A DNA stretch of 64,000 nt, from contig CAVPCG010000025.1 of the NCBI GenBank assembly GCA_963702325.1, forward strand, positions 36,124 to 100,123. Direction: 5' to 3'. The position numbers were made by a program, and so were the translations under genes. The stretch comes from an uncultured Acidobacteriaceae bacterium (lineage in GTDB: Bacteria > Acidobacteriota > Terriglobia > Terriglobales > Acidobacteriaceae). Positions 16,745-27,746 of the stretch are shown piece after piece. The notes beneath the pieces are model-generated. The model was given only the letters and a program-made list of their open reading frames with translations, made no database searches and was not told the origin of the DNA. The stretch's first letter is position 1. Every line of letters starts with the position of its first letter.

Positions 16745-19444
16745 CTATACACCCACGGTCTGCGCGCTGGGCTTCGACGCGAGCAGTTGCCTCAGAACGT
16801 ACTGCAAGATCCCGCCGTTCGCGTAATATTGCGCTTCCTGAGGCGTGTCTATTCGGACGAGCGCATTGAATTCCTTCGTTTGACCGCCGGATGCTGCTCG
16901 CACCTTCACCCGGCGTCCCGGTGCAAAGTTAGAAGTCAACTCACGGATTCCAGAAATCTCGAACACTTCTTCGCCCGTGAGTCCGAGCGATTGCGCATTT
17001 TCGTCGGAGACGAATTGCAGCGGAATAATTCCCATGCCGACTAAATTCGAGCGATGGATGCGTTCGTAGCTTTCCGCGATCACGGCGCGAACGCCCAAGA
17101 GGAGCGGCCCTTTGGCAGCCCAATCGCGGGATGAGCCTGATCCATATTCTTTGCCCGCAATAATGATCAGTGGTACACCGTCGGCAATGTACTTCTCCGA
17201 TGCTTCGAAAATGGACATCTCCGCACCATCCGGGAGATGACGCGTGAATCCTCCTTCAAGCTTGGGCACCATTTTGTTTCTGAGACGGACATTGGCAAAC
17301 GTACCGCGAACCATGACCTCATGATTCCCGCGACGCGATCCGTAGGAATTAAAATCGCCGGGCTTCACACCGTGTTCAATCAAATATTTTCCCGCAGGGC
17401 TGTCTTTTTTGATCGAACCCGCAGGCGAAATATGATCGGTAGTCACGCTGTCGCCAAGAACGGCCAGCACCCGCGCTTCCTTTATTTCCTCGACCTGCCC
17501 CGGCCGCAAAGTCATGTCGTCGAAATAAGGTGCGCGCCGAATATAGGTTGATTCCTCATCCCATGCATACGTTTCGCCATCGGGAACCGGCAGCGAACGC
17601 CAGCGATCGTCGCCATCGTAAATTTCGCCATAGCTCTTGCGGAACATGCTCGAAGAAATGGACTGCTGAATCGTTTCCTCGACCTCGCGTTGCGAAGGCC
17701 AGAGGTCGGCGAGGTAAACAAACTTTCCCTGCTTATCTTTTCCGACGGGATCTTTGCGAAGGTCAACATCAATCCGTCCCGCCAATGCAAAAGCGACGAC
17801 CAGCGGGGGGGACATCAAATAATTGGCACGAACCTCGGAATTGATGCGCCCTTCAAAATTGCGATTGCCGGAAAGCACCGAGGCCACGACCAGATCTTGT
17901 TCATCAATCACGCGCGAAATCTCTTCTGGCAAAGGGCCGGAGTTCCCGATGCAAGTGGTGCAGCCGTATCCAACGATATGAAATTTCAGTTTCTCGAGAT
18001 ATCCGGTAAGCCCCGCACGGTCGAGATAGTCGCGCACCACTTTCGATCCCGGTGCGAGCGAAGTTTTCACCCATGCTGGAACTTGCAGCCCGCGCTCCAC
18101 AGCTTTCTTGGCAAGCAATCCGGCGGCAATCATCACCGACGGATTCGAAGTGTTCGTGCAACTGGTAATGGCTGCAATGACCACGCTGCCATGATGAAGA
18201 TGCCCGTTACCTGACGAGGGAGCAGGTTGAGAATGTTGTCCAGGCTTTAACAGCGTGGGCAGCGCAAGCTCAAAAGATTCCTTTGCTTTAGAGAGCGCAA
18301 CGCGATCCTGCGGGCGCTTCGGTCCCGCGATGCTCGGCTCGACCGAATCCAGATCAAGTGCCAGCAGTTCCGAGTATTCCGCCTCCGGAGTTTTCGCGTC
18401 GTGGAACAATCCCTGCTCGCGGCAATAAGCTTCGACCAATGCGATCTGGTCGTCGGAACGTCCAGTCAAGCGTAAATAGTTCAGAGTCTCCTTATCTACC
18501 GGGAATATTCCGCAGGTCGCGCCATACTCCGGTGACATATTGCTGATCGTGGCGCGATCGGCCAGTGCCAGTTCCGCCAGCCCCGGTCCAAAGAACTCTA
18601 CAAACTTTCCGACCACTCCAAACTTGCGCAGCATTTCCGTGATGGTCAAAACCAGGTCGGTCGCTGTCGCTCCCTCTCGCAACCTGCCCGTCAATTTCAC
18701 GCCAACCACCTGCGGGATGAGCATAGATACCGGCTGCCCCAACATCGCAGCCTCAGCCTCAATCCCGCCGACTCCCCATCCCAGCACGCCCAACCCATTA
18801 ATCATTGTCGTGTGACTGTCGGTGCCGACTAGCGTATCGGGATACGCGAAGCGTTTTCCGTTTGCTTTCTGAACGAATACCACGTGGGCTAGATATTCCA
18901 GATTGACCTGATGCACGATTCCAGTATCGGGAGGGACAATGGCAAGATTGCGGAATGCGGTTTGTCCCCAGCGCAGGAACGCGTAGCGCTCTTTATTACG
19001 AATGAACTCCATTTCGGCGTTGAGGCCGAATGATTGCGAACTTCCAAACGAATCCACTTGAACCGAATGATCAATCACCAATTGCGCGGGCTGCAAAGGA
19101 TTAATCAGCGCTGGATCGCCTGAAAATTTACTCATCGCGTCGCGCATCGCGGCGAGGTCAACGATGGCAGGGACGCCGGTAAAATCCTGCAAAAGCACCC
19201 GGCTGGGGGTGAAAGCAATTTCGGAGTCGTTTGCGGTCTTGCCGCTCCATCCGGCAAGCGCTTCAATATCTTGTTTTCTGACATTGCGGCCATCTTCGGT
19301 GCGCAAGAGGTTTTCCAGCAGAACTCGCAAGGAATACGGCAGATGCTGTGTCGAAATTCCTTGCTTATCGAGCGCGTCAAGACGATAGATCTCGTAGTCA
19401 AGCTTGCCCACCCGAAGGGTTGAGCGGCTATTAAAGCTATTCAT
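16745..19444 (-). CDS. acnA: aconitate hydratase A
   Basis: 899 aa. Fe-S ligand motifs [10 protein letters not shown] and [11 protein letters not shown]. Full-length aconitase/IRP-type sequence. Confidence 0.95.
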   Translation of the reverse strand: MNSFNSRSTLRVGKLDYEIYRLDALDKQGISTQHLPYSLRVLLENLLRTEDGRNVRKQDIEALAGWSGKTANDSEIAFTPSRVLLQDFTGVPAIVDLAAMRDAMSKFSGDPALINPLQPAQLVIDHSVQVDSFGSSQSFGLNAEMEFIRNKERYAFLRWGQTAFRNLAIVPPDTGIVHQVNLEYLAHVVFVQKANGKRFAYPDTLVGTDSHTTMINGLGVLGWGVGGIEAEAAMLGQPVSMLIPQVVGVKLTGRLREGATATDLVLTITEMLRKFGVVGKFVEFFGPGLAELALADRATISNMSPEYGATCGIFPVDKETLNYLRLTGRSDDQIALVEAYCREQGLFHDAKTPEAEYSELLALDLDSVEPSIAGPKRPQDRVALSKAKESFELALPTLLKPGQHSQPAPSSGNGHLHHGSVVIAAITSCTNTSNPSVMIAAGLLAKKAVERGLQVPAWVKTSLAPGSKVVRDYLDRAGLTGYLEKLKFHIVGYGCTTCIGNSGPLPEEISRVIDEQDLVVASVLSGNRNFEGRINSEVRANYLMSPPLVVAFALAGRIDVDLRKDPVGKDKQGKFVYLADLWPSQREVEETIQQSISSSMFRKSYGEIYDGDDRWRSLPVPDGETYAWDEESTYIRRAPYFDDMTLRPGQVEEIKEARVLAVLGDSVTTDHISPAGSIKKDSPAGKYLIEHGVKPGDFNSYGSRRGNHEVMVRGTFANVRLRNKMVPKLEGGFTRHLPDGAEMSIFEASEKYIADGVPLIIIAGKEYGSGSSRDWAAKGPLLLGVRAVIAESYERIHRSNLVGMGIIPLQFVSDENAQSLGLTGEEVFEISGIRELTSNFAPGRRVKVRAASGGQTKEFNALVRIDTPQEAQYYANGGILQYVLRQLLASKPSAQTVGV

Positions 19445-19734
19445 GATGTATGGCCTTCCTACAGATAGTTTAGCCGTTCCGCCCGGGATTGCGTAGTGTT
19501 GGGACCTTCCGAAAGATTCGAGTGAATCCGCGAAAGTCTGGAGCAGTCAGGGTGAAGCAACTGTCGAAGCTTATTTTCCGTGAACTTCACATCTGCTAAA
19601 AACGTAAATGTCAGGGAGCCGCCCTCATCGCGGTTTTCGCGCGTCCTAAAATGAGGGGTTGAGGGTTGGACTCACAGTACCGCAATCAGTTTCCGAGCAC
19701 ACAGAAGCAACCCAATTCTTTCCGCGAGGTGACG

Positions 19735-20640
19735 ATGAAAACTGTAGCCGTGTTCGCATTACGGGTTCTCGTACTCACTCTCGTTCTCATCATCGTTTTC
19801 ATCATTGCGAGTAACTTGGCTGGCATGTCACCGTCGCCATCAGCCAAGCCGTCGCCCACTCCAGCAGCTCAGGCGCAACAAGCCGCTTCGTTGTTCGTAC
19901 CACTCCTGGCCTACACGTTCCTGGTTTCGCTGGTGACTGCCTGGATCATCCAAAGATCACGGTGGCGCGGATTGAAATTGATTGCGGCGCTCACTTTCAC
20001 CTTCTACGGCCTTATGACGGTTATCACCCAGATCGAAACTATCGTTTACCTGCGCGCAAAAATGCCGCCCGGGCTGATTAAGAACCTCTTTGTGTTGGGA
20101 GTCGTAGTCGCGATTCTGTTTGTTCCCCTGGCAGTGCTGATCATGGGAAAAATACGCGGGCCCGAGCAGCCGCATTCCGACCGTGTCCTCACCGTGCAGA
20201 ACAAGGCGGCCCGATTCGCCATCCTCGCAATCGTCTACGTAGCGCTCTATTACCTCTTCGGATATTACGTCGCTTGGCAGAATCCCGAACTGCGCCTCTA
20301 CTACTCCGGAACAACCGAGCTGAAGACCTTCTTCCAGCAAATGCGATCTACCATGACGGCAACGCCTTGGATGCTGCCATTTCAATTCGCACGCGGACTT
20401 CTCTGGGTCCTATTCGCATATCCCGTGGTCAGGATGTTGAACACCCGCAGAACCGAAACCGCGGCCATCATCGCCACGCTATTCGCAGTAGGAAGCTTCG
20501 CGCTGTTCATTCCCAACCCGCTGATGCCCGCTTCCGTAGCCCACAGCCATTTCTGGGAGACGCTATGCTCCGACCTCCTCTTAGGGGCAATCGTAGGATG
20601 GGTGCTGGCCGCACATGAGAGTCCCACTACGTTCGTGTAA
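19735..20640 (+). CDS. multi-pass membrane protein, function unknown
   Basis: ATG 19735 follows GAGGTG. About 7-8 hydrophobic helices. No catalytic motif recognised. Confidence 0.55.
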   Translation: MKTVAVFALRVLVLTLVLIIVFIIASNLAGMSPSPSAKPSPTPAAQAQQAASLFVPLLAYTFLVSLVTAWIIQRSRWRGLKLIAALTFTFYGLMTVITQIETIVYLRAKMPPGLIKNLFVLGVVVAILFVPLAVLIMGKIRGPEQPHSDRVLTVQNKAARFAILAIVYVALYYLFGYYVAWQNPELRLYYSGTTELKTFFQQMRSTMTATPWMLPFQFARGLLWVLFAYPVVRMLNTRRTETAAIIATLFAVGSFALFIPNPLMPASVAHSHFWETLCSDLLLGAIVGWVLAAHESPTTFV

Positions 20641-20688
20641 GGCCTTATTATGCGGAATGCATGTTATAGCCTCCGCTCCAAGTAGCCG

Positions 20689-21237
20689 ATGACAAGGCCA
20701 ACAGCGACGCTGAGCGCTCTTCTCGTGACCGGCATTGTGACTGGCCTTCATTATGTCGTCCCACAACTGTTGCCATCCCTCCAGCGAACACCCACAGCTT
20801 TGGGGCAACACCAGTGGTGGCGTCTCGTAACACCGCTGTTGATACAACCCGACGGATGGCGCGCAATTGTCTTCGTCTTTGCGTCAATTTTAGTCGTCGG
20901 GATTCTGGCGGAAAACCTCTGGGGACCCCGGCGCTGGCTAATTCTTTATATCGTGTCCGGCATTTCCGGAGAACTCGCGGGCTATGCCTGGCAGCCTCAG
21001 GGCGCTGGGGCATCGGTCGCCGGAGCCGGGCTGCTCGGCAGCCTCGCGATATGGCTCGTCTACAAATGCCAAACTCGCCCCGCTCAGTTCGGCGGACTCG
21101 TTATCCTGCTCGGCGCGATCGTCCTCACCTATTTCCGCGATATCCATGGTATTCCGATACTGGTCGGCGCTCTCCTCGGATTCGCCATGCTTAAGGCCGA
21201 TGATTCGCGTTCCGCCGCGCATGTCCAAAACTTATAA
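20689..21237 (+). CDS. rhomboid-family intramembrane protease-like protein
   Basis: WWRLVTPLLIQ (rhomboid WRLxT motif), GAGASVAGAGLLGS (GxSxxxxG-type helix) and a later His (RDIHGIPILVG). About 6 TM helices. Confidence 0.55.
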   Translation: MTRPTATLSALLVTGIVTGLHYVVPQLLPSLQRTPTALGQHQWWRLVTPLLIQPDGWRAIVFVFASILVVGILAENLWGPRRWLILYIVSGISGELAGYAWQPQGAGASVAGAGLLGSLAIWLVYKCQTRPAQFGGLVILLGAIVLTYFRDIHGIPILVGALLGFAMLKADDSRSAAHVQNL

Positions 21238-21304
21238 GGTACGCTCGACGACGCCCAGTTCAACTGCGCTTGAGCGACGACTTTGCTATCTTAGGAGAAA
21301 TCAA

Positions 21305-22030
21305 ATGAAGCGGAAGATTCTCTGGGCGACCGCGGTAAGGACGATCACGGTAAGAACTTTCGCGCTGGTCATCATGCTTGCTACAGCGTTACAAGCGCAG
21401 GACGTCAAAGCGCCGTACCCCACCATGGCCCCACTTGAGCAATACCTGATTGCCGATAAAGATGCCGAGATAGCCCTGGCGCGGAGCGCGGCCCCGGAAT
21501 CAATCTCAAGTGACGCCGACGTCCTGGTCTTCGGCCGTCACGGCTACGAAACCGCCGTTAAAGGTAAAAACGGTTTCGTGTGCTTCGTGCAACGATCATG
21601 GGCCGCCGCGCCCGACGATCCCGAGTTCTGGAATCCCAAGCTGCGGGCTCCGATCTGCATCAACGCGCCCGCCGTACGATCCTTCCTTCCACTCATTACC
21701 AAGAAAACCGAGTGGGTATTGGCTGGACGATCCACAGCGCAGATCTCCGCGGATCTCCAATCCGCTTTCGACAAGAAAGAATTGCCCACGCTGGAACCTG
21801 GCGCGATGAGCTATATGCAGTCAAAGCATGGATACCTAAGCGATAGCGATGGGCACTGGCATCCCCACTTAATGTTTTTCGTTCCACTTGCCGATGCTAA
21901 AACGTGGGGCGCAAATTTGCATGGCTCACCGATCCTGGCAGCTGAGGACCCCCTGGAGCGGCTGACGATATTTCTGATTCCAGTCGCCAAATGGTCCGAC
22001 GGCACGCTCGATTCCCCGCATGATCACTGA
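21305..22030 (+). CDS. secreted hypothetical protein
   Basis: ATG 21305 follows AGGAG. Signal peptide MKRKILWATAV...MLATALQA. The longer track ORF 20984..22030 overlaps the rhomboid gene and is rejected as an N-terminal extension. Confidence 0.6.
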   Translation: MKRKILWATAVRTITVRTFALVIMLATALQAQDVKAPYPTMAPLEQYLIADKDAEIALARSAAPESISSDADVLVFGRHGYETAVKGKNGFVCFVQRSWAAAPDDPEFWNPKLRAPICINAPAVRSFLPLITKKTEWVLAGRSTAQISADLQSAFDKKELPTLEPGAMSYMQSKHGYLSDSDGHWHPHLMFFVPLADAKTWGANLHGSPILAAEDPLERLTIFLIPVAKWSDGTLDSPHDH

Positions 22031-22157
22031 CGCCCCTTTTCAGGAGGCGCCGAGAATCCTCTTGCGAGTTGTTTTTTGAACTTGGCTTTGTATCAGGGCA
22101 TCGCTTTAGCGATGCCGAATATCCGCTGAACAATTTGCGGCACGGCTGAAATAGGCT

Positions 22158-22285
22158 GCGGAAAAACCCATTCCAATCGGGAAGGGCCCGACTTTCAGTC
22201 GGGCCGATTACTGATTTCGAAGCATTTACGGCCCGACTGAAAGTCGGGCCCTTACCTCTTCCCCGTATTCTGTTCATTTTTCCGC
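22158..22285 (-). repeat. 128-bp MITE-like element, family B (inverse orientation relative to 11667..11794)
   Basis: GCGGAAAAA (22158) ... TTTTTCCGC (22285). The core and both flanks align with the reverse complement of copy 1. Confidence 0.7.
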
Positions 22286-22455
22286 TACCTGTGAAACCCG
22301 CGCCCGGAAACGGAATCAGAAATGACAAGCTCTCCACTCTTTCCGGAAAACTCCGCCACAAAATGCCTGACGCTCTAAGATTACTTTCATAACGCGTTCC
22401 GCACCCCTTCGGTACTCTTTCCCATTTTGGTCCCTTCGCCTAGTGTTTAGGCACG

Positions 22456-22791
22456 ATGAAGCGCTCCCCGTTCCTCATCCTGTCCGTGCTCGCAATACTG
22501 GTGATTGTCCAACCGAAGGCATGTTTCGCGCAAAACCAGCAGAGTCCCAACGGACGCAAAGTGGTCAATAAAGTTGTGCCAATGTATCCACAGATGGCCC
22601 ACTCCATGAAGCTGGGCGGCACCGTCAAACTAGAAGTGCTGGTGCAGTCCAACGGAAACGTCAAATCCATGCAGGTCATGGGCGGGAGTCCTTTGCTTGC
22701 ACAATCGGCGCAGTCTGCAGTTCACAGTTGGAAGTGGGAAAAGGCCGACCACGAAACCATGGAATTAGTGGAATTTCACTTCAACCCGTAA
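22456..22791 (+). CDS. secreted TonB C-terminal-domain protein
   Basis: Signal peptide, then VVNKVVPMYPQMAHSMKLGGTVKLEVLVQSNGNVKSMQVMGGSPLLAQSAQSAV (TonB_C fold pattern). No TM or Pro-rich part. Confidence 0.6.
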   Translation: MKRSPFLILSVLAILVIVQPKACFAQNQQSPNGRKVVNKVVPMYPQMAHSMKLGGTVKLEVLVQSNGNVKSMQVMGGSPLLAQSAQSAVHSWKWEKADHETMELVEFHFNP

Positions 22792-23285
22792 TCCAAAAAA
22801 ACTGAGGGTGGCCGCTTCACTCTGCAAGATTTTGATCTTGTAGGACTACAGCGTTGCCTGCAACCGGCCCTGGATCATTGACCCGGAGTAGTGCCTCCCA
22901 TACGAGGTTCGCTTGCGAAGATAAAACCCTCAAGCGGAGTTAAACAGGGCACCCTCCAGGGCTTCGTTTTCCAGTACAGTTTGACGGGCAGGCCGTTTGT
23001 TCCTTAGAAACGGACGTAGAGTCTTCTTCCCCAAAACCAGCCACCAGTAAGGCTTCCCAGAGATAGCCCATTTTAACGAGACCGCGCGCCTAGCCCTTCT
23101 GCATAAGTTCTTTCTTTTCGTTGGCGTATTAGACTCCTCAACCAAAGGATCGGGTCCGCGAAAGCGCCGGACCATCGTAGAGGAATAAATCCTCTATCAA
23201 CAGGCGATTCCTTCCGCCTGTGAATATTTGCGTGTGCTTTTTAGCAGGATTCGTGTGCCAGAAATTAAGCGACTGAAGGGTTACT

Positions 23286-26060
23286 GTGATTTACCTCCCC
23301 CAAAGATTTGTCGCAGTCATCATCACGGTTATGTCTCTATCCTGGTGTGCAACTGCCATTGTGATTCCCACAATTACCAGCCTCTCGCCGGCTTCCGGTG
23401 CTCCGGGAACAACCGTTACGATCAAGGGAGCCAATTTCGGATCCACTCCAGGATTCAGCAAAGTAACATTCAACGGCATCCCCGCGAACCCGACGAGTTG
23501 GACCGCGGGCTCAATCCTGGTTCCGGTTCCCGCGGGCGTTACAAGCGGTCCGGTAATAGTGAACATTAATGGATTACCCAGCAATAGCGCACAGTTCACT
23601 GTCTCTCAGGGCCTTAAGATCACAAGCTTATCCCCGTTCTCTGGAACGGTTGGCACTGTCGTCACCATCACGGGAACCGGCTTCGGCGCGAGCCAGGGTG
23701 CGAGCAGTGTTCAGTTCGGCTTTTTGAACGCCACGCCCACTAGTTGGAGTAACACGACGATTATCGTTGCTATCCCTGCCGGAGCTACGACCGGGTTGCT
23801 GACCGTCACAGTGGGAGGCGCCTCCGCCTTGGCTGGTCGCTTTTCCATCGTTTCAGGTCCGGCGATTAGCAGTTTGTCGCCTGCATCTGCGGCAATCGGC
23901 AGCTCAATCAAGGTGATCGGTAGTAACTTCGGATCCACTCAAACATTCAGCACAGTGACATTCAATGGCATCGCAGCGACGCCGGCGAGTTGGACGGCGG
24001 GCTCAATCCTGGTTCCAGTTCCCGCAGGCGCCACCAGCGGGCCAGTAGTAGTGAACGTTAATGGCGTCGCCAGCAATGGCGTGCAGTTCACAGTCCCTCA
24101 ACATTTTCAGATAACCAGCCTCTCCCAGACCAGCGGCGCTATTGGCGCATCAATCACAATCAACGGATCCGGCTTTGGTGTAACTCAGGGGTGGAGCAGC
24201 GTCACATTTAACCGCACCCCGGCAACTCCGATTAGTTGGAGCGACTCGGCGATTACAGTTCCCGTACCAACCGGAGCAACAACAACCGGGTCGCTGGCAG
24301 TCACGGTTGGAGGCACGACGGCTTCGGCTAGTTTTACGGTTGTGTCCGGCCCGGTTCTGAGCGGCCTGTCGCCCGCGTTGGCGGCGGCTGGCACTCCAGT
24401 CACGATCACAGGTTCTGGGTTTGGACCGACTCAAGGCTCCAGCATGGTGAAGTTCAATGGAGTAACCGCCACTCCCACCGGTTGGAGTTCTTCTTCAATT
24501 GTGGTGTCAGTGCCATCCGGCGCGCTGACAGGACCGGTCACGGTGACGGTCGCAGGAATTCAGAGTGCGGGTGCAATGTTCGTTGCGGTTTCTTCTGGAG
24601 GCCCCTACGCCTACTCGCTGGCTGCTGGAAACTTCGACAACAATTCCAATCCCGGTCTGGCAATCATTAATCGTTGCTTGAGCACTACGAACTGCTCCTC
24701 AGGTTCTGTCGGAATAATGTTGGGAAACGGAAATGGAACCTTCAAGCCCGCCGTGACTTATTCGAGCGGCGGAATCGAAAGTCTCGCTGCCGCGGTCGGC
24801 GATTTCAACAACGATGGAATTCAAGACCTGGCGGTCTTGAACAGTTGCGCCACTAGCGCCTGCACGAATGGTTCGGTGAGTGTACTGCTGGGCAACGGAT
24901 ATGGGACCTTTCGGTCGCCACTGAATTCCAGCGCCGGCGGCTACCAATCAACTGGCATCGCCATGGGAGATCTCAATGGAGACCACATTCCTGACCTCGT
25001 GATCGCTAACAATTGCGCGGACAGCAGTTGCGCTTCCGGGGGAACAATCACTGTATTGATTGGGAAGGGTGATGGAACGTTTAAGCCGCCGGTGAGCTAT
25101 GCATCCGGTGGGCAGGGCGCTTTTTCGATTGTGGTCGGAGATTTCAATCGGGATGGCATTCCGGATGTCGCGGTAGTAAATGATTGCGCCACCACTGGTT
25201 GCTCAAGCGGCAGCGTTGGCATTTTGTTGGGTAATGGCGACGGAACTTTCAAGCCCGCGGTCACCTACCCTTCCGGAGGCCAGGGCGCTTATTCGTTAGC
25301 GAGCGCAGACTTCAACGACGACGGATATGCGGACTTGGCTGTGGTCAACAATTGCGCCAATGGCGCCTGCTCGAATGGAGGCGCGGTCGGCGTACTGCTA
25401 GGCAATGGGGACGGAACATTTCAGGCTCCGATAGTCAGCAACTCCGGAGGGCTTTTCGCTTACTCGCTGGCGGTTGCCGATTTCAACCTGGACAGGCACG
25501 CCGACCTCGCTGTCACGAATGAATACGGCGGAACTTCGAACGGCGGCACCGTGAGCGTGCTGTTGGGGAACGGCGACGGGACCTTTCAAGCAGCGGCGAA
25601 CTATGACTCCGACGGCACAAATCCATTTTCGGTAGTTGCGGCAGATTTCAATACTTTTGGCGGCACCGGTCTCGCGGTGGCCAATTCCTGCCTGCCCGCT
25701 TTCAATTGCGCAGAAGGAGCCATCACTATACTTTCCGGCAATGGCGATGGAACCTTTGGATCGGCCGCAAGTTACGCCGCTCTGACCGCGGGTGGCCAGT
25801 CTGGAACTCTCGCGCCTCCTCATCATCAGGTAAGCCTTTCGTGGAATGCAGTCGTCTCCGTAAACGGCTACAACGTTTATCGCGGCTCTCAATCAGGAGG
25901 CCCATACACCAAAATCAATCCGATCGTTGATGCGAGCCCAAGTTTCGTTGACCTCTCCGTACTCGCCGGACAGACTTACTATTACGTGACCACAGCCGTT
26001 AACGCCGGGGTCGAAAGTGGTTACTCCAACGAAGTTGAGGCCTCGATACCATCCCCGTAG
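23286..26060 (+). CDS. large secreted protein: 5 IPT/TIG domains + 7 FG-GAP/VCBS-like repeats + C-terminal fibronectin type III domain
   Basis: Five units of about 80 aa (ITSLSPxSGxxGTxVTIxGxxFG...VTFNGxxATPxSW...VxVPxGATSGPVxV). Seven units of about 56 aa (GDFNxDGxxDLAVxNxCxxxxCxxGxVxVLLGNGDGTFxxxxxYxSGG). Then an FN3-like tail (VSLSWNAV..NGYNVYRG...YYYVTTAVN). Confidence 0.8.
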   Translation: MIYLPQRFVAVIITVMSLSWCATAIVIPTITSLSPASGAPGTTVTIKGANFGSTPGFSKVTFNGIPANPTSWTAGSILVPVPAGVTSGPVIVNINGLPSNSAQFTVSQGLKITSLSPFSGTVGTVVTITGTGFGASQGASSVQFGFLNATPTSWSNTTIIVAIPAGATTGLLTVTVGGASALAGRFSIVSGPAISSLSPASAAIGSSIKVIGSNFGSTQTFSTVTFNGIAATPASWTAGSILVPVPAGATSGPVVVNVNGVASNGVQFTVPQHFQITSLSQTSGAIGASITINGSGFGVTQGWSSVTFNRTPATPISWSDSAITVPVPTGATTTGSLAVTVGGTTASASFTVVSGPVLSGLSPALAAAGTPVTITGSGFGPTQGSSMVKFNGVTATPTGWSSSSIVVSVPSGALTGPVTVTVAGIQSAGAMFVAVSSGGPYAYSLAAGNFDNNSNPGLAIINRCLSTTNCSSGSVGIMLGNGNGTFKPAVTYSSGGIESLAAAVGDFNNDGIQDLAVLNSCATSACTNGSVSVLLGNGYGTFRSPLNSSAGGYQSTGIAMGDLNGDHIPDLVIANNCADSSCASGGTITVLIGKGDGTFKPPVSYASGGQGAFSIVVGDFNRDGIPDVAVVNDCATTGCSSGSVGILLGNGDGTFKPAVTYPSGGQGAYSLASADFNDDGYADLAVVNNCANGACSNGGAVGVLLGNGDGTFQAPIVSNSGGLFAYSLAVADFNLDRHADLAVTNEYGGTSNGGTVSVLLGNGDGTFQAAANYDSDGTNPFSVVAADFNTFGGTGLAVANSCLPAFNCAEGAITILSGNGDGTFGSAASYAALTAGGQSGTLAPPHHQVSLSWNAVVSVNGYNVYRGSQSGGPYTKINPIVDASPSFVDLSVLAGQTYYYVTTAVNAGVESGYSNEVEASIPSP

Positions 26061-26108
26061 GTCCGGCATAGTGAGAGGTTCTGATCTTTGAAAGACTCTT
26101 GGAAATCC

Positions 26109-26130
26109 GGCGGCGCGAATTGCCGCCTTT
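26109..26130 (+). terminator. possible intrinsic terminator after the IPT/FG-GAP gene
   Basis: GGCGGC-gcgaatt-GCCGCC followed by TTT only, so this is weak. Confidence 0.3.
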
Positions 26131-26199
26131 ACAAAGCAGTGAGGCAGAGCCTGCTGTGATCTTTCAAGAGGTTGTCTATTCGACCGGAACTGGGATGAA

Positions 26200-26337
26200 A
26201 TGGTAAAAACCATGACGAAGCACGTGATGGAGAAGCACCCCGATGTAGCGAAAAAGCAGGAAAGAATGCACAACGAAGATCCAAAGAAATGGGGCAGAGA
26301 GATGAAGCCGAAATGGGATGCGGCTCCTGAAGTCTGA
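26200..26337 (+). CDS. 45-aa ORF, possibly a remnant of a small DUF1059-like protein
   Basis: MVKTMTKHVMEKHPDVAKKQERMHNEDPKKWGREMKPKWDAAPEV. The in-frame upstream sequence (ACCDLSRGCLFDRNWDE) has no start codon. Weak. Confidence 0.25.
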   Translation: MVKTMTKHVMEKHPDVAKKQERMHNEDPKKWGREMKPKWDAAPEV

Positions 26338-26436
26338 TTCATCCGCTATTGATCAGGCGAAGCGAGCTATGCCCCAGCTTCACTAGATTTTGATTTCGCC
26401 GAAACTCGTACGCACGCGGCATCCTCCGCGGAAATG

Positions 26437-26501
26437 GGCGGACGATCGCGTGGTTCAAAGATCCCGCAGGGAATATCTTGTCGGTGCTGGAAGCGACTTA
26501 G
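26437..26501 (+). pseudogene. C-terminal fragment of a glyoxalase/VOC-family gene
   Basis: [25 protein letters not shown] is a typical VOC C-terminus. There is no intact upstream reading frame. Confidence 0.35.
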
Positions 26502-26518
26502 CGAAAGCGTCTTGCCCG

Positions 26519-27378
26519 CTAGAATGAACGAAACTTCACCCCAGGTCCCAGTCCCGCGATAAACCCAATCGCCAGGGCCACCGCAACGATCATCCATCCA
26601 CGGCTGCGTTCGATTTCGGGCATCTGGAACTCGCTGCTGGGGATGCGCGGACCATAGAGCAGTGTCCACATCCATGCCAACCCCGACTGCCCGCCGAAAG
26701 ACGCAGCCGCAGCGGAGATCAGAATCAACAGCGGCCCCACCGGATTCAGCGCGCCCGCAACGCAAGCCAGGACTCCAGCAGTGAGATACGGCGTGAGCGT
26801 AAGCCGCCGCGCGCGCCGCACCCGGACAGCCCCATCTTTCCCTAAGAACGGACACAGTTCGCGCAAGGACAGAGGCACAAAGACAAAGAAATAAACAACG
26901 ATCCCCATCGCAGCGAGGCCCACGCGCCACGCCCATGCTGGCTGCCATCCTGCCACCACGTCCGCCCAGTCCCCAATGTTGCCGATGCCGGAGAACAGGA
27001 AATATCCTCCCGCTGCGAACAATTAAAAGTCATCAGCACCCAAAAAAAATATCGCCAGGATGCCGACCGTTTGACGGCACGCGCAGCGCCCCAGAAGACC
27101 GCGCCGAAGATCAGATTGGCAAGCGTTCCGCCCGCCGCGACAAGGCGTGTGTCCGAGCTACATGCGAAGTGCACCGTGGAGAGCACTAGCGGCCGCCCAC
27201 CCGTAGCGACGCACATGCCTCCGTGGCCAAGTCCCTCATGGATAAAATCCGCAATCACCGTGGCAGCAACGCTGATCGCAACAATCGTCAATAGATCGGG
27301 CTCGGTTGCTTCGCCCAAGCGTGGCGGGTTGGACTCTGCGATTACGTCTTTTGCAGAATTCGCGGACATGCGCCGCAT
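26519..27378 (-). CDS. polytopic membrane protein with HExxxH-like motif (putative metallopeptidase), apparent 1-nt frameshift near 27025
   Basis: Track ORFs 26842..27378 (…ADFIHEGLGHGGMCV…WRYFFWVLMTFN) and 26519..27022 (LFAAGGYFLFSGIGNIGDW…) join smoothly if one base is restored at TTTAATTG. Confidence 0.5.
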
Positions 27379-27455
27379 TGTAGCAGCGCACTCGAGGACG
27401 TTAGCGGAGCAGTACCGCGAAGGCGGTCATCGGCAAGATTTTCCCGACGCCTGGC

Positions 27456-27686
27456 TTACCCAACGCTCTTTCCATTTGGCGGAAAATTATTGTTTGAGGA
27501 CCCCGACCGTTCAGCCACGATTGCCGGCAGTCGGCCGGTTCGGCGCATGGTTCGGCAGTCAAATCCGTAGGCTGCCCCGCAAACTAGGCAGACCTGATAG
27601 TCCTGCCCATGAGCTCCAGTATGTGGCCAGGAAAATTGATGGCGGCAAAATATTTCTGAGAGTCGCGCTAACAGTGGGGGAGTCAT
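27456..27686 (-). CDS. small Cys/His-containing hypothetical protein (possible zinc ribbon)
   Basis: 76 aa. CRHQFSWP...YQVCLVCG...DCRTMRR. It follows the PilZ gene on the same strand. Confidence 0.4.
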   Translation of the reverse strand: MTPPLLARLSEIFCRHQFSWPHTGAHGQDYQVCLVCGAAYGFDCRTMRRTGRLPAIVAERSGSSNNNFPPNGKSVG

Positions 27687-27746
27687 GCTGTCCTGTTCCT
27701 CTGCGTTAATTATGTAATCTTCACATACGAAGTTGAATGTGACCCG

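Noticed and set aside
20984-21304. N-terminal 107 codons of track ORF 20984..22030
   Set aside because: They overlap the rhomboid-like gene in another frame. A good RBS (AGGAG), an ATG and a signal peptide occur at 21305.
22930-23175. 81-aa minus-strand ORF between the TonB_C gene and the IPT/FG-GAP gene, considered as a transposase or toxin fragment
   Set aside because: I could find no HUH, DDE, HicA or other motif. It is basic and low-complexity, and probably non-coding promoter DNA.
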